Of a stretch of DNA of 32,000 nt, positions 16,826-25,340 are shown piece after piece. The position numbers were made by a program, and so were the translations under genes. The stretch comes from Patescibacteria group bacterium (GTDB lineage Bacteria; Patescibacteriota; Patescibacteriia; 2-01-FULL-39-33). The first letter of the stretch is position 1. Every line of letters starts with the position of its first letter. The notes under the pieces were generated by a model. It ran no database searches and had not been told where the DNA came from. It saw only the letters and a program-made list of their open reading frames with translations. The stretch covers positions 30,001 through 62,000 of the forward strand of contig JBAZMW010000005.1 of assembly GCA_041649575.1 (NCBI GenBank). The letters are read 5' to 3'.

Positions 16826-18634
16826 TTAAGCTTTAAAGATGGCGGCAAATTCCTCGCTTTCAAGAGTTTCTTTTTCCAAAAGCTGGGTGACTATCTTTTC
16901 TAAATAATCTCTTTTTGCAATAATTATGCTTTCGGCCAGTTTGGCCGCTTCCTCGGTGAGGCGATGAATTTCTTTGTCGATTTCTTCGGCGCTTTTTTCC
17001 GAATAGTCGCGTTGCTCATGGAGCTCGCGTCCCAAAAAGATCAGCTCTTCTTTTTCGCCAAAAGTCCTTAGTCCTAATTTGTCGCTCATGCCATATTCGG
17101 CGATAAGTTTCTTGGCCAGCCGAGTGGCTTCATGCAAATCGCTTTGGGCGCCGGTAGTGACTTCGCTGAAAACAATTTTTTCGGCAATCCGGCCGGCCAA
17201 AAGTACGGCCAGCTCTTCCAAAAATTCGGATTTGGAATGGAGTTTTCGGTCTTCGGAAGGCAGCTTCAGAGTGAAACCGGCGGCCAGGCCGCGGGCAATG
17301 ATAGAAACTTTTCGAACCGGATCGGTGTGCGGCAATTCGTGAGCCACCAAAGCGTGGCCAGCTTCGTGGTAGGCGGTGATTTTTTTCTCGTTTTCGTTGA
17401 GGATGTGGCTTCTTCTTTCCGGGCCCAAGATAATTTTGTCGATACTTTTTAAAATATTGTCAGAATTGATTTCTTTTTTGTTTTGCAGCGCAGTGAGAAT
17501 GGCCGCTTCATTGAGCAGGTTGGACAAATCGGCGCCGGAAAAACCGGGAGTGCGTTCGGCCATCTTTCTTAGTTCTACTTCTTTGGCCAGCGGTTTTTCT
17601 CTGGCGTGGACTTTCAGAATCGCCTCGCGGTCGTTGATGTCGGGCATATCCAGAGTGACGCGGCGGTCAAAGCGGCCGGGGCGCAACAGGGCGGCGTCCA
17701 AGACATCGGGACGGTTGGTGGCGGCCATAATGATAACGTTGGTGGCCGGGTCAAAGCCGTCCATTTCCACCAGTATTTGATTGAGGGTTTGCTCGCGTTC
17801 ATCATGAGACCCGCCCAGCCCCGCTCCGCGCTGGCGGCCGACGGCGTCTATTTCATCGATAAAGATAATGCAAGGGGCGCTCTTTTTGGCGCGGCGGAAC
17901 AAATCGCGGACACGAGAAGCGCCTACGCCGACAAACATCTCCACAAATTCGGAGCCGGAAATGCTGAAAAAAGGCACATTGGCTTCGCCGGCGACGGCGC
18001 GTGCTAGTAGGGTTTTACCGGTGCCGGGAGCGCCCAAAAGCAAAACTCCTTTGGGAATGCGCGCGCCTAGCGCTAGAAACTTTTTGGGATTTTTCAGAAA
18101 ATCGACTACTTCCAGCAGTTCTTGCTTGGCCTCTTTGACTCCGGCCACGTCGACAAAAGTGATTTTATTCTTGTCGGGATTGAACTCCCGAGCGCCGCTT
18201 TGGCCGAAGCTCATGGCTTTGTTGTTGGCGCCCTGGGCCTGACGCATCATAAACCAGATAAAACCGACAAAGAAAATCAGAGGAATAATAAAAGGCAAAG
18301 TGGCCGACAACCAAAATTTCAGGCTGGTATCGCTTTTTATTTCAACAGAAACTTTTTCTAATTTTTTGGTGTCAATGTTGTAGTTTTTCAGCAGGGTGCT
18401 CAAACTGTCCAGGCTTTCTTTCTGCAGCGTTTCTTTTTGTTCGTCGGTGGTGACTATTTCCAGCTGGTTTTCTTTGACCACCACGGACTTGATTTGTTCC
18501 TGGTTGATTTGGTTGATAAATTCGCTGATATTGATTTTTTTGGTTTTTTCGGTCGGCAGGCTGTACAAACTAAGCAGAGCCAACAGCGCCAGAAAGATCA
18601 GGGCGGCGATCAGTATTTGTTTGGTTATTTTCAT
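16826..18634 (-). CDS. ftsH: ATP-dependent zinc metalloprotease FtsH
   Basis: N-terminal TM pair, AAA module [34 protein letters not shown], second region of homology [19 protein letters not shown] and zinc site HEAGHALV. Confidence 0.95.
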   Translation of the reverse strand: MKITKQILIAALIFLALLALLSLYSLPTEKTKKINISEFINQINQEQIKSVVVKENQLEIVTTDEQKETLQKESLDSLSTLLKNYNIDTKKLEKVSVEIKSDTSLKFWLSATLPFIIPLIFFVGFIWFMMRQAQGANNKAMSFGQSGAREFNPDKNKITFVDVAGVKEAKQELLEVVDFLKNPKKFLALGARIPKGVLLLGAPGTGKTLLARAVAGEANVPFFSISGSEFVEMFVGVGASRVRDLFRRAKKSAPCIIFIDEIDAVGRQRGAGLGGSHDEREQTLNQILVEMDGFDPATNVIIMAATNRPDVLDAALLRPGRFDRRVTLDMPDINDREAILKVHAREKPLAKEVELRKMAERTPGFSGADLSNLLNEAAILTALQNKKEINSDNILKSIDKIILGPERRSHILNENEKKITAYHEAGHALVAHELPHTDPVRKVSIIARGLAAGFTLKLPSEDRKLHSKSEFLEELAVLLAGRIAEKIVFSEVTTGAQSDLHEATRLAKKLIAEYGMSDKLGLRTFGEKEELIFLGRELHEQRDYSEKSAEEIDKEIHRLTEEAAKLAESIIIAKRDYLEKIVTQLLEKETLESEEFAAIFKA

Positions 18635-18740
18635 TTGTTTAATTTAAGTTTTTAGTTAAGGCCAAGGATCGGGCCTTTCCGATCAATTGGGCAAACTGTT
18701 ATAATTTATATTATAAATAGGATAATGATTTTTTTTGAAA

Positions 18741-19331
18741 ATGTCAAACCGACAGATAAAAATAGTCGATGTCATTTGGCAAAAAACTTTATTTAGAATT
18801 TTGCCAGAAAAAATTACGCCTAATTTTTTCACAGTGGTTCGTTTACTGTTGATACCGACGATACTGGTGTTTCTGGCTTTGGAAAATTTCATTTTAGCTT
18901 TGGTTTTTTTTGTTTTGGCCGCCGTCGTTGACACGATCGACGGCGCTCTGGCCAGATACCGAAAACAGACTTCTTTTTGGGGAACCTGGCTCGATCCTTT
19001 GGCCGACAAACTGCTGGTCGTTTTGGTGGTTTTGTTTTTGTTTTATTATTACCCTTATCCCGCTCTGCTAGTGGGAGCGATATTTTTTGATTTGCTTTTG
19101 GGCTTGGGCGCCCTGGCTTTTCTGGTAGTGTTTAGAAACAAAGAAGCGATACCGGCCAATTGGCTGGGCAAAAGCAAAATGGTTTTGGCGGTGGCCGGCG
19201 TTTTACTGGTTTTTGTTTATTTGATTTCTGGCCAATTAATTTTTTTATGGTTGTCGGTTGTTATTTTATTCTTGGCCATTATTTTTGGCGCTTTAAGCTT
19301 CATAGTCTACGGCTTGAAGGCCATGGTTTAA
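18741..19331 (+). CDS. CDP-alcohol phosphatidyltransferase (PgsA-like)
   Basis: Exact signature DTIDGALARYRKQTSFWGTWLDPLAD (DGx2ARx8Gx3Dx3D) in a multi-pass membrane protein. The TTG at 18735 in the track is replaced by the ATG at 18741. Confidence 0.8.
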   Translation: MSNRQIKIVDVIWQKTLFRILPEKITPNFFTVVRLLLIPTILVFLALENFILALVFFVLAAVVDTIDGALARYRKQTSFWGTWLDPLADKLLVVLVVLFLFYYYPYPALLVGAIFFDLLLGLGALAFLVVFRNKEAIPANWLGKSKMVLAVAGVLLVFVYLISGQLIFLWLSVVILFLAIIFGALSFIVYGLKAMV

Positions 19332-19346
19332 TTTTTGATTTTTAAT

Positions 19347-19382
19347 AGTCCCGACCAAGCGCGTTAACGCTCGGTCGGGACT
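19347..19382. terminator. strong GC hairpin between convergent genes (left edge of cassette 2)
   Basis: AGTCCCGACC(19347-19356)/GGTCGGGACT(19373-19382) perfect 10-bp stem plus an inner AGCG/CGCT. No clean U-run on either strand. Confidence 0.5.
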
Positions 19383-19402
19383 AGTTGTAACTGGTTGGCG
19401 GA

Positions 19403-20284
19403 TCAGAATTCGAACCGGAGTCCGAGTCCTGCCACCAACTTATTGCCGTCGACATAGTCCTTGTCGCCGTCGGTTTGACCCGGTCCGGCGATTTGGTACA
19501 TCAGAGACGGCACGAGGAACAGCCCTTCGTGCAGACGGAAGTCGGTGCTGACCACTATCCTGGTGTAGACATAGCCGCCGTCCTTGCCAAGGAACCCGGT
19601 GGTTAGGGCGCTTCTGACGCCCAAATCCAGCTTTTGTTCCTTGCCCAGCGGCAGGTGGAAATTGACACCGGGAAACAGATACCAACCTCCTTGGGGACTG
19701 TGGTGGCCAACCTCGCCGTAGTAGGTCAGCTTCAGGTAAGGTTCGACCCACTTGGCCTTGGTGACCGTGGCTTGGACTTGAGCTCCCCACTGGTCGTCGT
19801 CGAGCTTTTCCAGCTCGTTGAAGCCGTAGTAGGACAGGTTCAGGTCGAGCTTGAGCCAATCTCTTAGCTGGCATTCACGACCAAGGTAGAGGTCGATCTC
19901 GCCCTCAAACGGCGGAGCTGGTTCGGGCGGGGGGTTGAGCAGCAACTGCAGCTTGCCGACAGCGTCAGCCAGTTTGTCCAGATCGGGATTTTCCGGCACT
20001 TGACTGGTCGTCGCCGCTGTTTCGGCGTCGGGTTCGGCCGCTTCCTGCCGTTCGAACGGGAAGGAAGACCAGATGCCAGCATACCAACCAGACTCACCAA
20101 ACCTCAAGGTCAGTTCGTTCTCCCAGACCGGCTGGTCGTGAACTAAGATGCCGGCCTCGGCGATGTAGGCGCCCTTTATTTCGCTGCGCCAGCTACCTTT
20201 CAGTTGAAGCTTGCCCGCTTCGTCCGCGCTGGCGGCGAAGACGATCGAGGTGATGACCAATATTGTACCCATGATTTTCTTCAT
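19403..20284 (-). CDS. secreted beta-barrel-like outer-membrane-type protein
   Basis: Signal peptide MKKIMGTILVITSIVFAASA, alternating hydrophobic/aromatic strands and a C-terminal LGLRFEF ending in Phe (the OMP sorting signature). AAGGAG lies 7 nt upstream of the ATG. Confidence 0.6.
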   Translation of the reverse strand: MKKIMGTILVITSIVFAASADEAGKLQLKGSWRSEIKGAYIAEAGILVHDQPVWENELTLRFGESGWYAGIWSSFPFERQEAAEPDAETAATTSQVPENPDLDKLADAVGKLQLLLNPPPEPAPPFEGEIDLYLGRECQLRDWLKLDLNLSYYGFNELEKLDDDQWGAQVQATVTKAKWVEPYLKLTYYGEVGHHSPQGGWYLFPGVNFHLPLGKEQKLDLGVRSALTTGFLGKDGGYVYTRIVVSTDFRLHEGLFLVPSLMYQIAGPGQTDGDKDYVDGNKLVAGLGLRFEF

Positions 20285-20353
20285 GCTAGTGCTCCTTAGT
20301 TGCGGGAACGATTTGCGTGTTCCCTGACAGTCAATTGATCCAGTTCATCCGGT

Positions 20354-21685
20354 TCAGGCCATCAGGGATTTGGGCACATGATCTATCCTCTCGAACGCCC
20401 CCAGGCTTAGATGTGAAACCGTCACGACCATTAATTGCTCGACTACTTCTATTACCGCCAGCAGAACTCTCTCTGGCAGAAGCGTCGGATTGCTGGTCGG
20501 CCCGTCTCTAGCGCAGTGCACCAGCGTTTCAGTACTGGAGACGGAACAAACCATGGTCGGCTGTCGTTCTTCCAGCGCTTGCGCTCGGGCCAGGGCAGAA
20601 CAAATCAGCCCGAAGAGCATCAGCAGGCCCACCGTCGCCAACGCTTTGCGCCTGGCCAAGTCTTGCTCGGCTTGGATTAGCGCCAGGAGTTGGTGGAGCT
20701 GGAAGCGTGGCTGACTGGCCAATTCGGCGAGGTAGGCTTTCTCGGCCGCGGACAACTGATAGCCGCTCGGTTTGTCGCGCAGGTATTCCGCCTTGAGACG
20801 CAGGCGTCTCAGCTCGGTGGCCGCCGTGGTTTCGTGCGGGTAGAGCCAGACATACACCGGCCAACCAACCAGCATTTTGGCGAAACGTAACGGCGCCAAA
20901 CCTATTTCGCTACGCAACCCTAGGGTGTCGTCAGCCCAAAGGCGAACGAGGTAGAGGATAAAACAGACCACTATTCCCTTAAGGTAGGTAGTGAGAAGCC
21001 ACCGGGCGATGGCCAGCCAGTCGATCTTGGGGTCGGCAATTGCTGTCGCCCTCGAATACCAGTTGCTGTATTGCTCCTCTCTCTTCATCTGTGCCAGACT
21101 GTCGAAGTCCTCTTCATTCTTCTTGTCTCGCCAGCCGTTTTTCATGGCTAGCTGCTGGGCGTCGTCCATACCACTTCCCCAGGCATCAACGTCGAAAGAG
21201 TAGCGCAGGGGCATGAGGTTGGCCTTACAAAGATCCAGTTGCTTCTGGAGATCTGCAAAGTAGTCTTCGAGGAAGTACTGTTCTTCTTTGGCCAACCCTT
21301 GTTGCCAGAGGTTCTTGACTGTGGTCGAGTAGAACTTAGCCGTCTCTTCTGGAGACGGCCTGGTCGGCCTGATCTCCGGCAGGATGACACAGTTGTTCAT
21401 CCGACCGATGATTTGCCACTGTTTTTCGATTTCTTCGGCCGTCGGGTGATGCACGAAGCAGGCGCCCTTGAAGACAAAGAAGCGGTCTCCTTGCGGATTC
21501 CAGGGGATGACTATTCCCTGAATAGCCCAGACTACCCCGAGCAGACACAGGATGGCCGTGATTCGGTTCAGCCAGCTGGCTGGTCTCCAAGGCCACCTTG
21601 TTTCTGATGGTGGATGGTCGATGTTGCAGTCGTCGACCAACACTCGCACCGAACCAGCTGGTCCGTCGTGATATCGCCAAGCCAT
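20354..21685 (-). CDS. hypothetical membrane protein, 443 aa
   Basis: ATG at 21685 with GGAAGGAGGTG upstream. At least three hydrophobic helices and W/R-rich. No recognisable domain. Confidence 0.6.
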   Translation of the reverse strand: MAWRYHDGPAGSVRVLVDDCNIDHPPSETRWPWRPASWLNRITAILCLLGVVWAIQGIVIPWNPQGDRFFVFKGACFVHHPTAEEIEKQWQIIGRMNNCVILPEIRPTRPSPEETAKFYSTTVKNLWQQGLAKEEQYFLEDYFADLQKQLDLCKANLMPLRYSFDVDAWGSGMDDAQQLAMKNGWRDKKNEEDFDSLAQMKREEQYSNWYSRATAIADPKIDWLAIARWLLTTYLKGIVVCFILYLVRLWADDTLGLRSEIGLAPLRFAKMLVGWPVYVWLYPHETTAATELRRLRLKAEYLRDKPSGYQLSAAEKAYLAELASQPRFQLHQLLALIQAEQDLARRKALATVGLLMLFGLICSALARAQALEERQPTMVCSVSSTETLVHCARDGPTSNPTLLPERVLLAVIEVVEQLMVVTVSHLSLGAFERIDHVPKSLMA

Positions 21686-21751
21686 GGCTTTTGTTCACCT
21701 CCTTCCGTATAGATTGTAGAGTGCATTGTTCAGCGGAATGCTAAACATTAT

Positions 21752-21780
21752 ATTTTATACTAATTTCTAGTTTTTGTCAA
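21752..21780 (-). promoter_or_regulatory. promoter of cassette 2
   Basis: Minus strand reads TTGACA (21775-21780), 17 nt, TAAAAT (21752-21757). Confidence 0.5.
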
Positions 21781-21790
21781 GTTTGAATTT

Positions 21791-21824
21791 GAAAAAACAA
21801 AATCCCCGACTTTAGTCGGGGATT
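21791..21824 (-). terminator. intrinsic terminator after the S1 gene
   Basis: AATCCCCGAC-TTTA-GTCGGGGATT (21801-21824), followed on the minus strand by TTGTTTTTTC. It lies 14 nt past the stop at 21838. Confidence 0.7.
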
Positions 21825-21837
21825 GGGTAGTTAATTT

Positions 21838-23055
21838 TTATTCTTCTTCTTTTTCTTCTTCCGTCTTTGGTGCTGGCGCTGCTTTTGGCTCTTCGGTTTT
21901 TTCCGGTTCAATTTTTTCTTTGGGTTCCGCTGTTTTTTTGGCTTCTTCGGCCGGCTTTTCTTTTGGCTTGGTCAAACTAAGTCCCAGCCGATGATTTTTG
22001 GAATCCATGGAAACAATATAAAAATCCATTTGGTCGCCGGCCTTGGCGATTTCTTCGATATTATTTATCGGCTTGTCGCTTAATTGGGAAATATGGGCCA
22101 AGCCCTGGATGTCTTTGTCTATTTCCACAAACAAGCCAAAAGGGTTGGCTTTGATTACGGTGCCAGAGATTTTTTGGCCGATCTGAAAGCGATTTTCCAA
22201 GCCTTCCCAAGGATCTTTCTGCAGCTTTTTGGTTGATAAAAATATTTTGGAATTTTCAATGGAGATAATTTCCGCTTTGATTCGCTGGCCCACTTTGACA
22301 AAATCATTGGGATCGTCGATTCTTTGCCAGGCGATTTCCGAAATGTGAATCAGCCCTTCCAGCTTGTCGAATTCCACAAAAATGCCGAAGTCGGTGACGG
22401 CGGTGACCAAGCCATCAACCACCTCGCCCACTTTATATTTATTGATAATGTCTTGCTGGGTTTCTTCCCAAGCGGCTTTTTCGGAAACTATTAATTTGTC
22501 TTCGCCCTCATTGGCGTCAATCACTTTGACTTCGAATTTTTTGCCGATATAGGATTTGAGAATTTCCAGAATTCGATTTTTGTCGCCGCCAGGCACGCGC
22601 GGGTAATGCTCGGGAGACAACTGGGAAACCGGCAGAAAGCCCACCGTGCTTTCCAGCTTGACCATTAGGCCGCCTTTGTTGGCGTCGGTGACCGTCACCT
22701 CGATAATGGAGGCCCCTTTCTCGTATTGTTTGATGCTTTGCCAGGCCCTTTGGCGGCCGGCATAGCGGAAAGACAATTCTACTTCGCCGTTTTCGTTTTC
22801 CAATTCCAAAACAGTGGCTTCGACTTCGTCGCCAGGTTTGAGGTTGCGGTATTCATCGGCTTCGCTGTAGCGTTCTTTGCCGCGCACCAAACCGGTGGCG
22901 ATGCCGTTTAAATCCAGATGCGCTTCGTTTTTGTTGGCGCTAATAACCGTGCCTCTGACCAAATCGCCGATTTTTGGCAAATTAAAATACTGCTTATCTT
23001 CAAGCAGTTTGGCCATAGGTGAATCTTTCTTTTCTTTCTTTTCCTTAGTTTTCAT
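21838..23055 (-). CDS. rpsA: 30S ribosomal protein S1-like, four S1 domains with a K/E/P-rich tail
   Basis: Four repeats of the S1 OB-fold pattern (GDLVRGTVI.., GASIIEVTVTD.., GEVVDGLVTAVTDFGIFVEF, GQKISGTVIKANPFGLFVEI). 405 aa. Confidence 0.85.
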   Translation of the reverse strand: MKTKEKKEKKDSPMAKLLEDKQYFNLPKIGDLVRGTVISANKNEAHLDLNGIATGLVRGKERYSEADEYRNLKPGDEVEATVLELENENGEVELSFRYAGRQRAWQSIKQYEKGASIIEVTVTDANKGGLMVKLESTVGFLPVSQLSPEHYPRVPGGDKNRILEILKSYIGKKFEVKVIDANEGEDKLIVSEKAAWEETQQDIINKYKVGEVVDGLVTAVTDFGIFVEFDKLEGLIHISEIAWQRIDDPNDFVKVGQRIKAEIISIENSKIFLSTKKLQKDPWEGLENRFQIGQKISGTVIKANPFGLFVEIDKDIQGLAHISQLSDKPINNIEEIAKAGDQMDFYIVSMDSKNHRLGLSLTKPKEKPAEEAKKTAEPKEKIEPEKTEEPKAAPAPKTEEEKEEE

Positions 23056-23158
23056 AAAAATTTATTTAGCCCTCGTCTTGAATAGCGACAGAGCCCCGCT
23101 TTTTAATAATTAAATTAGTGGTTGCGGGTATTAATTAGCTAAGCATTAGCATAGCAGA

Positions 23159-23187
23159 TTGACGAGAGAATGTCAATGGAGTATATT
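23159..23187 (+). promoter_or_regulatory. candidate promoter of the RNHCP-domain gene
   Basis: TTGACG (23159-23164), 17 nt, TATATT (23182-23187). The leader repeat copy B lies in the predicted 5'-UTR. Confidence 0.4.
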
Positions 23188-23219
23188 TAGAATAATTTAT
23201 TTTATGTAAATATGTTTTA

Positions 23220-23272
23220 CTTTTTCTTTTCTAGAAAAGAAAAAGCTAACAAAAAGAAAAAAGCGCTCGCAG
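23220..23272. repeat. leader repeat, copy B (empty site relative to the 11798-11930 insertion)
   Basis: CTTTTTCTTTTC-TA-GAAAAGAAAAAG perfect 12-bp hairpin followed by CTAACAAAAAGAAAAAAGCGCTCGCAG, collinear with 11749-11797 plus 11931-11936. Confidence 0.6.
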
Positions 23273-23289
23273 AATAATGTTTATAAATC

Positions 23290-23604
23290 ATGTCATTTAC
23301 TAGAAAAAAAGAGGATTTTGTCTGCGGTAACTGCGGACACGAAGTTGAGGGCGACGGTTATACCAATCACTGTCCGAAGTGTTTATGGTCTAAGCATGTG
23401 GACAAGAATCCCGGCGATCGGCAAGAGGAATGCGGCGGGCTGATGAAGCCAGTTGATATATATCTGGAGCATCAAAATTGGATTATTGTGCATCAGTGTC
23501 AGACTTGCAGCGCCCAGAAGCGCAATCGAGTGAATGACGGCGATGATTTTGAAGAGGTGATCAGATTGGAAAAAGAAATAAATGACAAAAAAATAAAGGG
23601 CTAA
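23290..23604 (+). CDS. RNHCP domain-containing zinc-ribbon protein
   Basis: CGNCGHEV...GYTNHCPKCLWSKHVD...ECGGLM...HQCQTCS, which matches the RNHCP-domain pattern. Confidence 0.7.
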   Translation: MSFTRKKEDFVCGNCGHEVEGDGYTNHCPKCLWSKHVDKNPGDRQEECGGLMKPVDIYLEHQNWIIVHQCQTCSAQKRNRVNDGDDFEEVIRLEKEINDKKIKG

Positions 23605-23628
23605 AAATAATTGGATTGCTATTAAAAG

Positions 23629-23659
23629 TAGCGTTTTAGGCGCTATTTTTTATTTTTTT
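23629..23659 (+). terminator. intrinsic terminator after the RNHCP gene
   Basis: TAGCG(23629-23633)/CGCTA(23641-23645) short stem followed by a long T-run TTTTTTATTTTTTT. Confidence 0.45.
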
Positions 23660-23660
23660 A

Positions 23661-23712
23661 AGTTATCCACAGAAAAGCTATTGACCATAAATATTAAAAG
23701 AGTTAGTATAAT
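23661..23712 (+). promoter_or_regulatory. promoter module P1 (DnaA-box 9-mer plus TTGACC-17-TAGTATAAT)
   Basis: AGTTATCCACAG (23661-23672, containing the consensus DnaA box TTATCCACA), CTATTGACC (-35 at 23681-23686), a 17-nt spacer, then TAGTATAAT (23704-23712). It is paralogous to 28820-28881. Confidence 0.6.
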
Positions 23713-23715
23713 TAT

Positions 23716-23972
23716 ACGAACATTGGAAGGCCTAGTGAGAGAATCTAGGGAGTAGAAACTCTCACAGAAAAGGCGAGTGCCCTCTATGTACTCAACACCG
23801 CGGAACTTTCCAGGGTTCCAACCATCACGCATTGTACTGGACGAGAGGAGTACACAGGGTAACTCAACGTTGCAAACCGCTAGCTCACGACCCGAGCGCG
23901 CATCCGAAGCGTTTAGCAACGCACATCACTCCCATCGCCGAGACCATCGCAAGACGGTCTCTTCCTTTTTTT
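23716..23972 (+). ncRNA. candidate structured RNA 1 (unclassified, about 255 nt); sRNA or orphan riboswitch-like leader
   Basis: It lies between promoter P1 and a terminator. It is GC-rich relative to its flanks and has several self-complementary segments: GTGAGAG/CTCTCAC, TGTACT/AGTACA and GTTGCAAACCGCT/AGCGTTTAGCAAC. Only implausible ORFs overlap it. Ends are approximate (plus or minus 5 nt). Confidence 0.5.
23940..23972 (+). terminator. intrinsic terminator of candidate RNA 1
   Basis: GAGACC(23940-23945)/GGTCTC(23956-23961) with a 10-nt loop, followed by TTCCTTTTTTT. Confidence 0.65.
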
Positions 23973-24056
23973 ATGAAAAATTTTTGATTTTAATTTTTTA
24001 AAGGTAGTAAGGGATTATATTAGAGACATGAATTTATTAAGTCATTTTTTAGATAC

Positions 24057-24102
24057 AAAAAAAGACGGGCATGGAGAGTGAGATTCAACTCTCCGCCCGT
24101 CT
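24057..24102 (-). terminator. intrinsic terminator ending the cassette 3 operon
   Basis: Long hairpin AGACGGGCaTGGAGAGT / ACTCTCC-GCCCGTCT (24063-24102), followed on the minus strand by a TTTTTTT run. It lies 26 nt past the stop at 24128. Confidence 0.7.
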
Positions 24103-24127
24103 TCGTGAGGTGCAAAGGCCACTATCG

Positions 24128-25336
24128 TCAGAATTTCCACGCCGTTTCGGCGAAACAGCGTGGATTTTCTCGATATTGACCCATGAAGGTGTCCTTTTCT
24201 CCCAAAGGCACACCCAGGCCAGCCTTAACCTCGAAGTCGTCCTTCCTCCAAGTCAGGGACGGTTCAAAGTAGGCGTCGCCGTGTTCAAGGTTCAGAGAGC
24301 CGCTGAGCTCCACCGACCAACGACCCGTGTCATTGGGAGTATACTTTATCCGGTAGAGCAGGGCTCCGTCGAGGCCTCGACGAAAGTCTTTCGCCCGGAA
24401 CAAATCCGGGGTTTCTTTCCGAGTCTCGACTTCGAAAGCGTACTGCAGCAGGACAGACAAGCTGTCTGTTTTCCTGAATGGCTTGTTCCATTCGTGATCC
24501 ACTCCCACGACACACTGGAGGAAATCGTCGGCGTTCTTCTGTCTGAAGTAGCCGGCTTCGGCGCGCAGGTTGTAGCCGCTAGAGATTTCCGTCGCCAGGG
24601 AGATGGCGATGACTTGTTCTTCGCGGTAGGTGGGAATAATCTGTTTCGGTAGCTTCAGCTCAAACGACGGAGTGTAGCTCAAGCCGTCGTAGAAGCTTGC
24701 GCCCAGGTCCCAGCCCTTTATTGTACAACCAGCACGAAGCGCGAGTTGGCCGTGGCCGTTTTCTGGTTCGCCTAGCTCCAGATTGTTTGGGAGCGCTTGT
24801 CCCCAACGTTCACTGGCAGGGAGTCTTGACGGGGTGAACCACGGAACGTAGACCAGTTCCAGGTACTTGTCATAGCCTAGGCGGATATCAACGGCTGGCA
24901 CTCCCATTCTCTCCCAGTCAATAACATCTGTCAGGTCGCGGGGACAGATATTGTCGTTTGGCGAGACGGTGTCGGTCACCGACCAGTCGAATACCTGTTT
25001 GCCAAGACGTAGCCGAAGCCACTTCCAAGAGGTTTCTGCGTACAGTTCCCTCGCGCCGACTATCGGTCGGTGTCCAGTCGAGTCGTCGAACACGCCTTGG
25101 GCAAATCCGGCGCTGTCCAAGCGAAGGTCGCCTTCGGCATGAATTAGGAAATGCTTTGAGAATACGGCCGTCACCTTTGGCTTAAGCCGCATTTCTGCAA
25201 AAGCATCTTCCGCTTCACTGGACTTGTGGCTGAAATAGCCATCTCCCCGCAACTCGAGCTGCCCGCCGGTTTTCCATTCCAACCCTTGGGCGACTAGCGA
25301 CAGGGAGATCAGGAGCAGGATAGTAGTACCTTTCAT
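24128..25336 (-). CDS. beta-barrel outer-membrane-type protein (porin-like), third gene of the exporter operon
   Basis: Signal peptide MKGTTILLLISLSLVAQG, amphipathic strand pattern rich in Y/W/F/G, and a C-terminal ETAWKF ending in Phe. AAGGAG lies 7 nt upstream, and the start is 4 nt from the upstream stop. Confidence 0.65.
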   Translation of the reverse strand: MKGTTILLLISLSLVAQGLEWKTGGQLELRGDGYFSHKSSEAEDAFAEMRLKPKVTAVFSKHFLIHAEGDLRLDSAGFAQGVFDDSTGHRPIVGARELYAETSWKWLRLRLGKQVFDWSVTDTVSPNDNICPRDLTDVIDWERMGVPAVDIRLGYDKYLELVYVPWFTPSRLPASERWGQALPNNLELGEPENGHGQLALRAGCTIKGWDLGASFYDGLSYTPSFELKLPKQIIPTYREEQVIAISLATEISSGYNLRAEAGYFRQKNADDFLQCVVGVDHEWNKPFRKTDSLSVLLQYAFEVETRKETPDLFRAKDFRRGLDGALLYRIKYTPNDTGRWSVELSGSLNLEHGDAYFEPSLTWRKDDFEVKAGLGVPLGEKDTFMGQYRENPRCFAETAWKF

Positions 25337-25340
25337 CGCG

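Noticed and set aside
12605-18655. Antisense ORFs inside the double-ATPase and ftsH genes (for example 12605-13171, 13365-13775, 14846-15238, 17132-17452, 17376-17780, 17606-18007, 17868-18242, 18396-18647)
   Set aside because: They lie opposite unmistakable conserved genes (Walker motifs, HEAGH) and their products have no motifs. They are by-products of GC-rich third codon positions.
23716-23972. Reading RNA 1 as a T-box leader (AGAGA/AGTA-like stretches near 23747-23760 and ACACCGCGG at 23795-23803)
   Set aside because: There is no recognisable T-box sequence (AAnnnGGGUGGUACCGCG) and no aminoacyl-tRNA synthetase or amino-acid gene downstream. The resemblance is limited to short generic strings.
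23650-24001. ORFs 23650-23919 (-) and 23777-24001 (+) as proteins; also 28817-29101 (+)
   Set aside because: They span promoter and terminator elements, lack SD sites and have implausible composition. The regions are better explained as structured RNAs.
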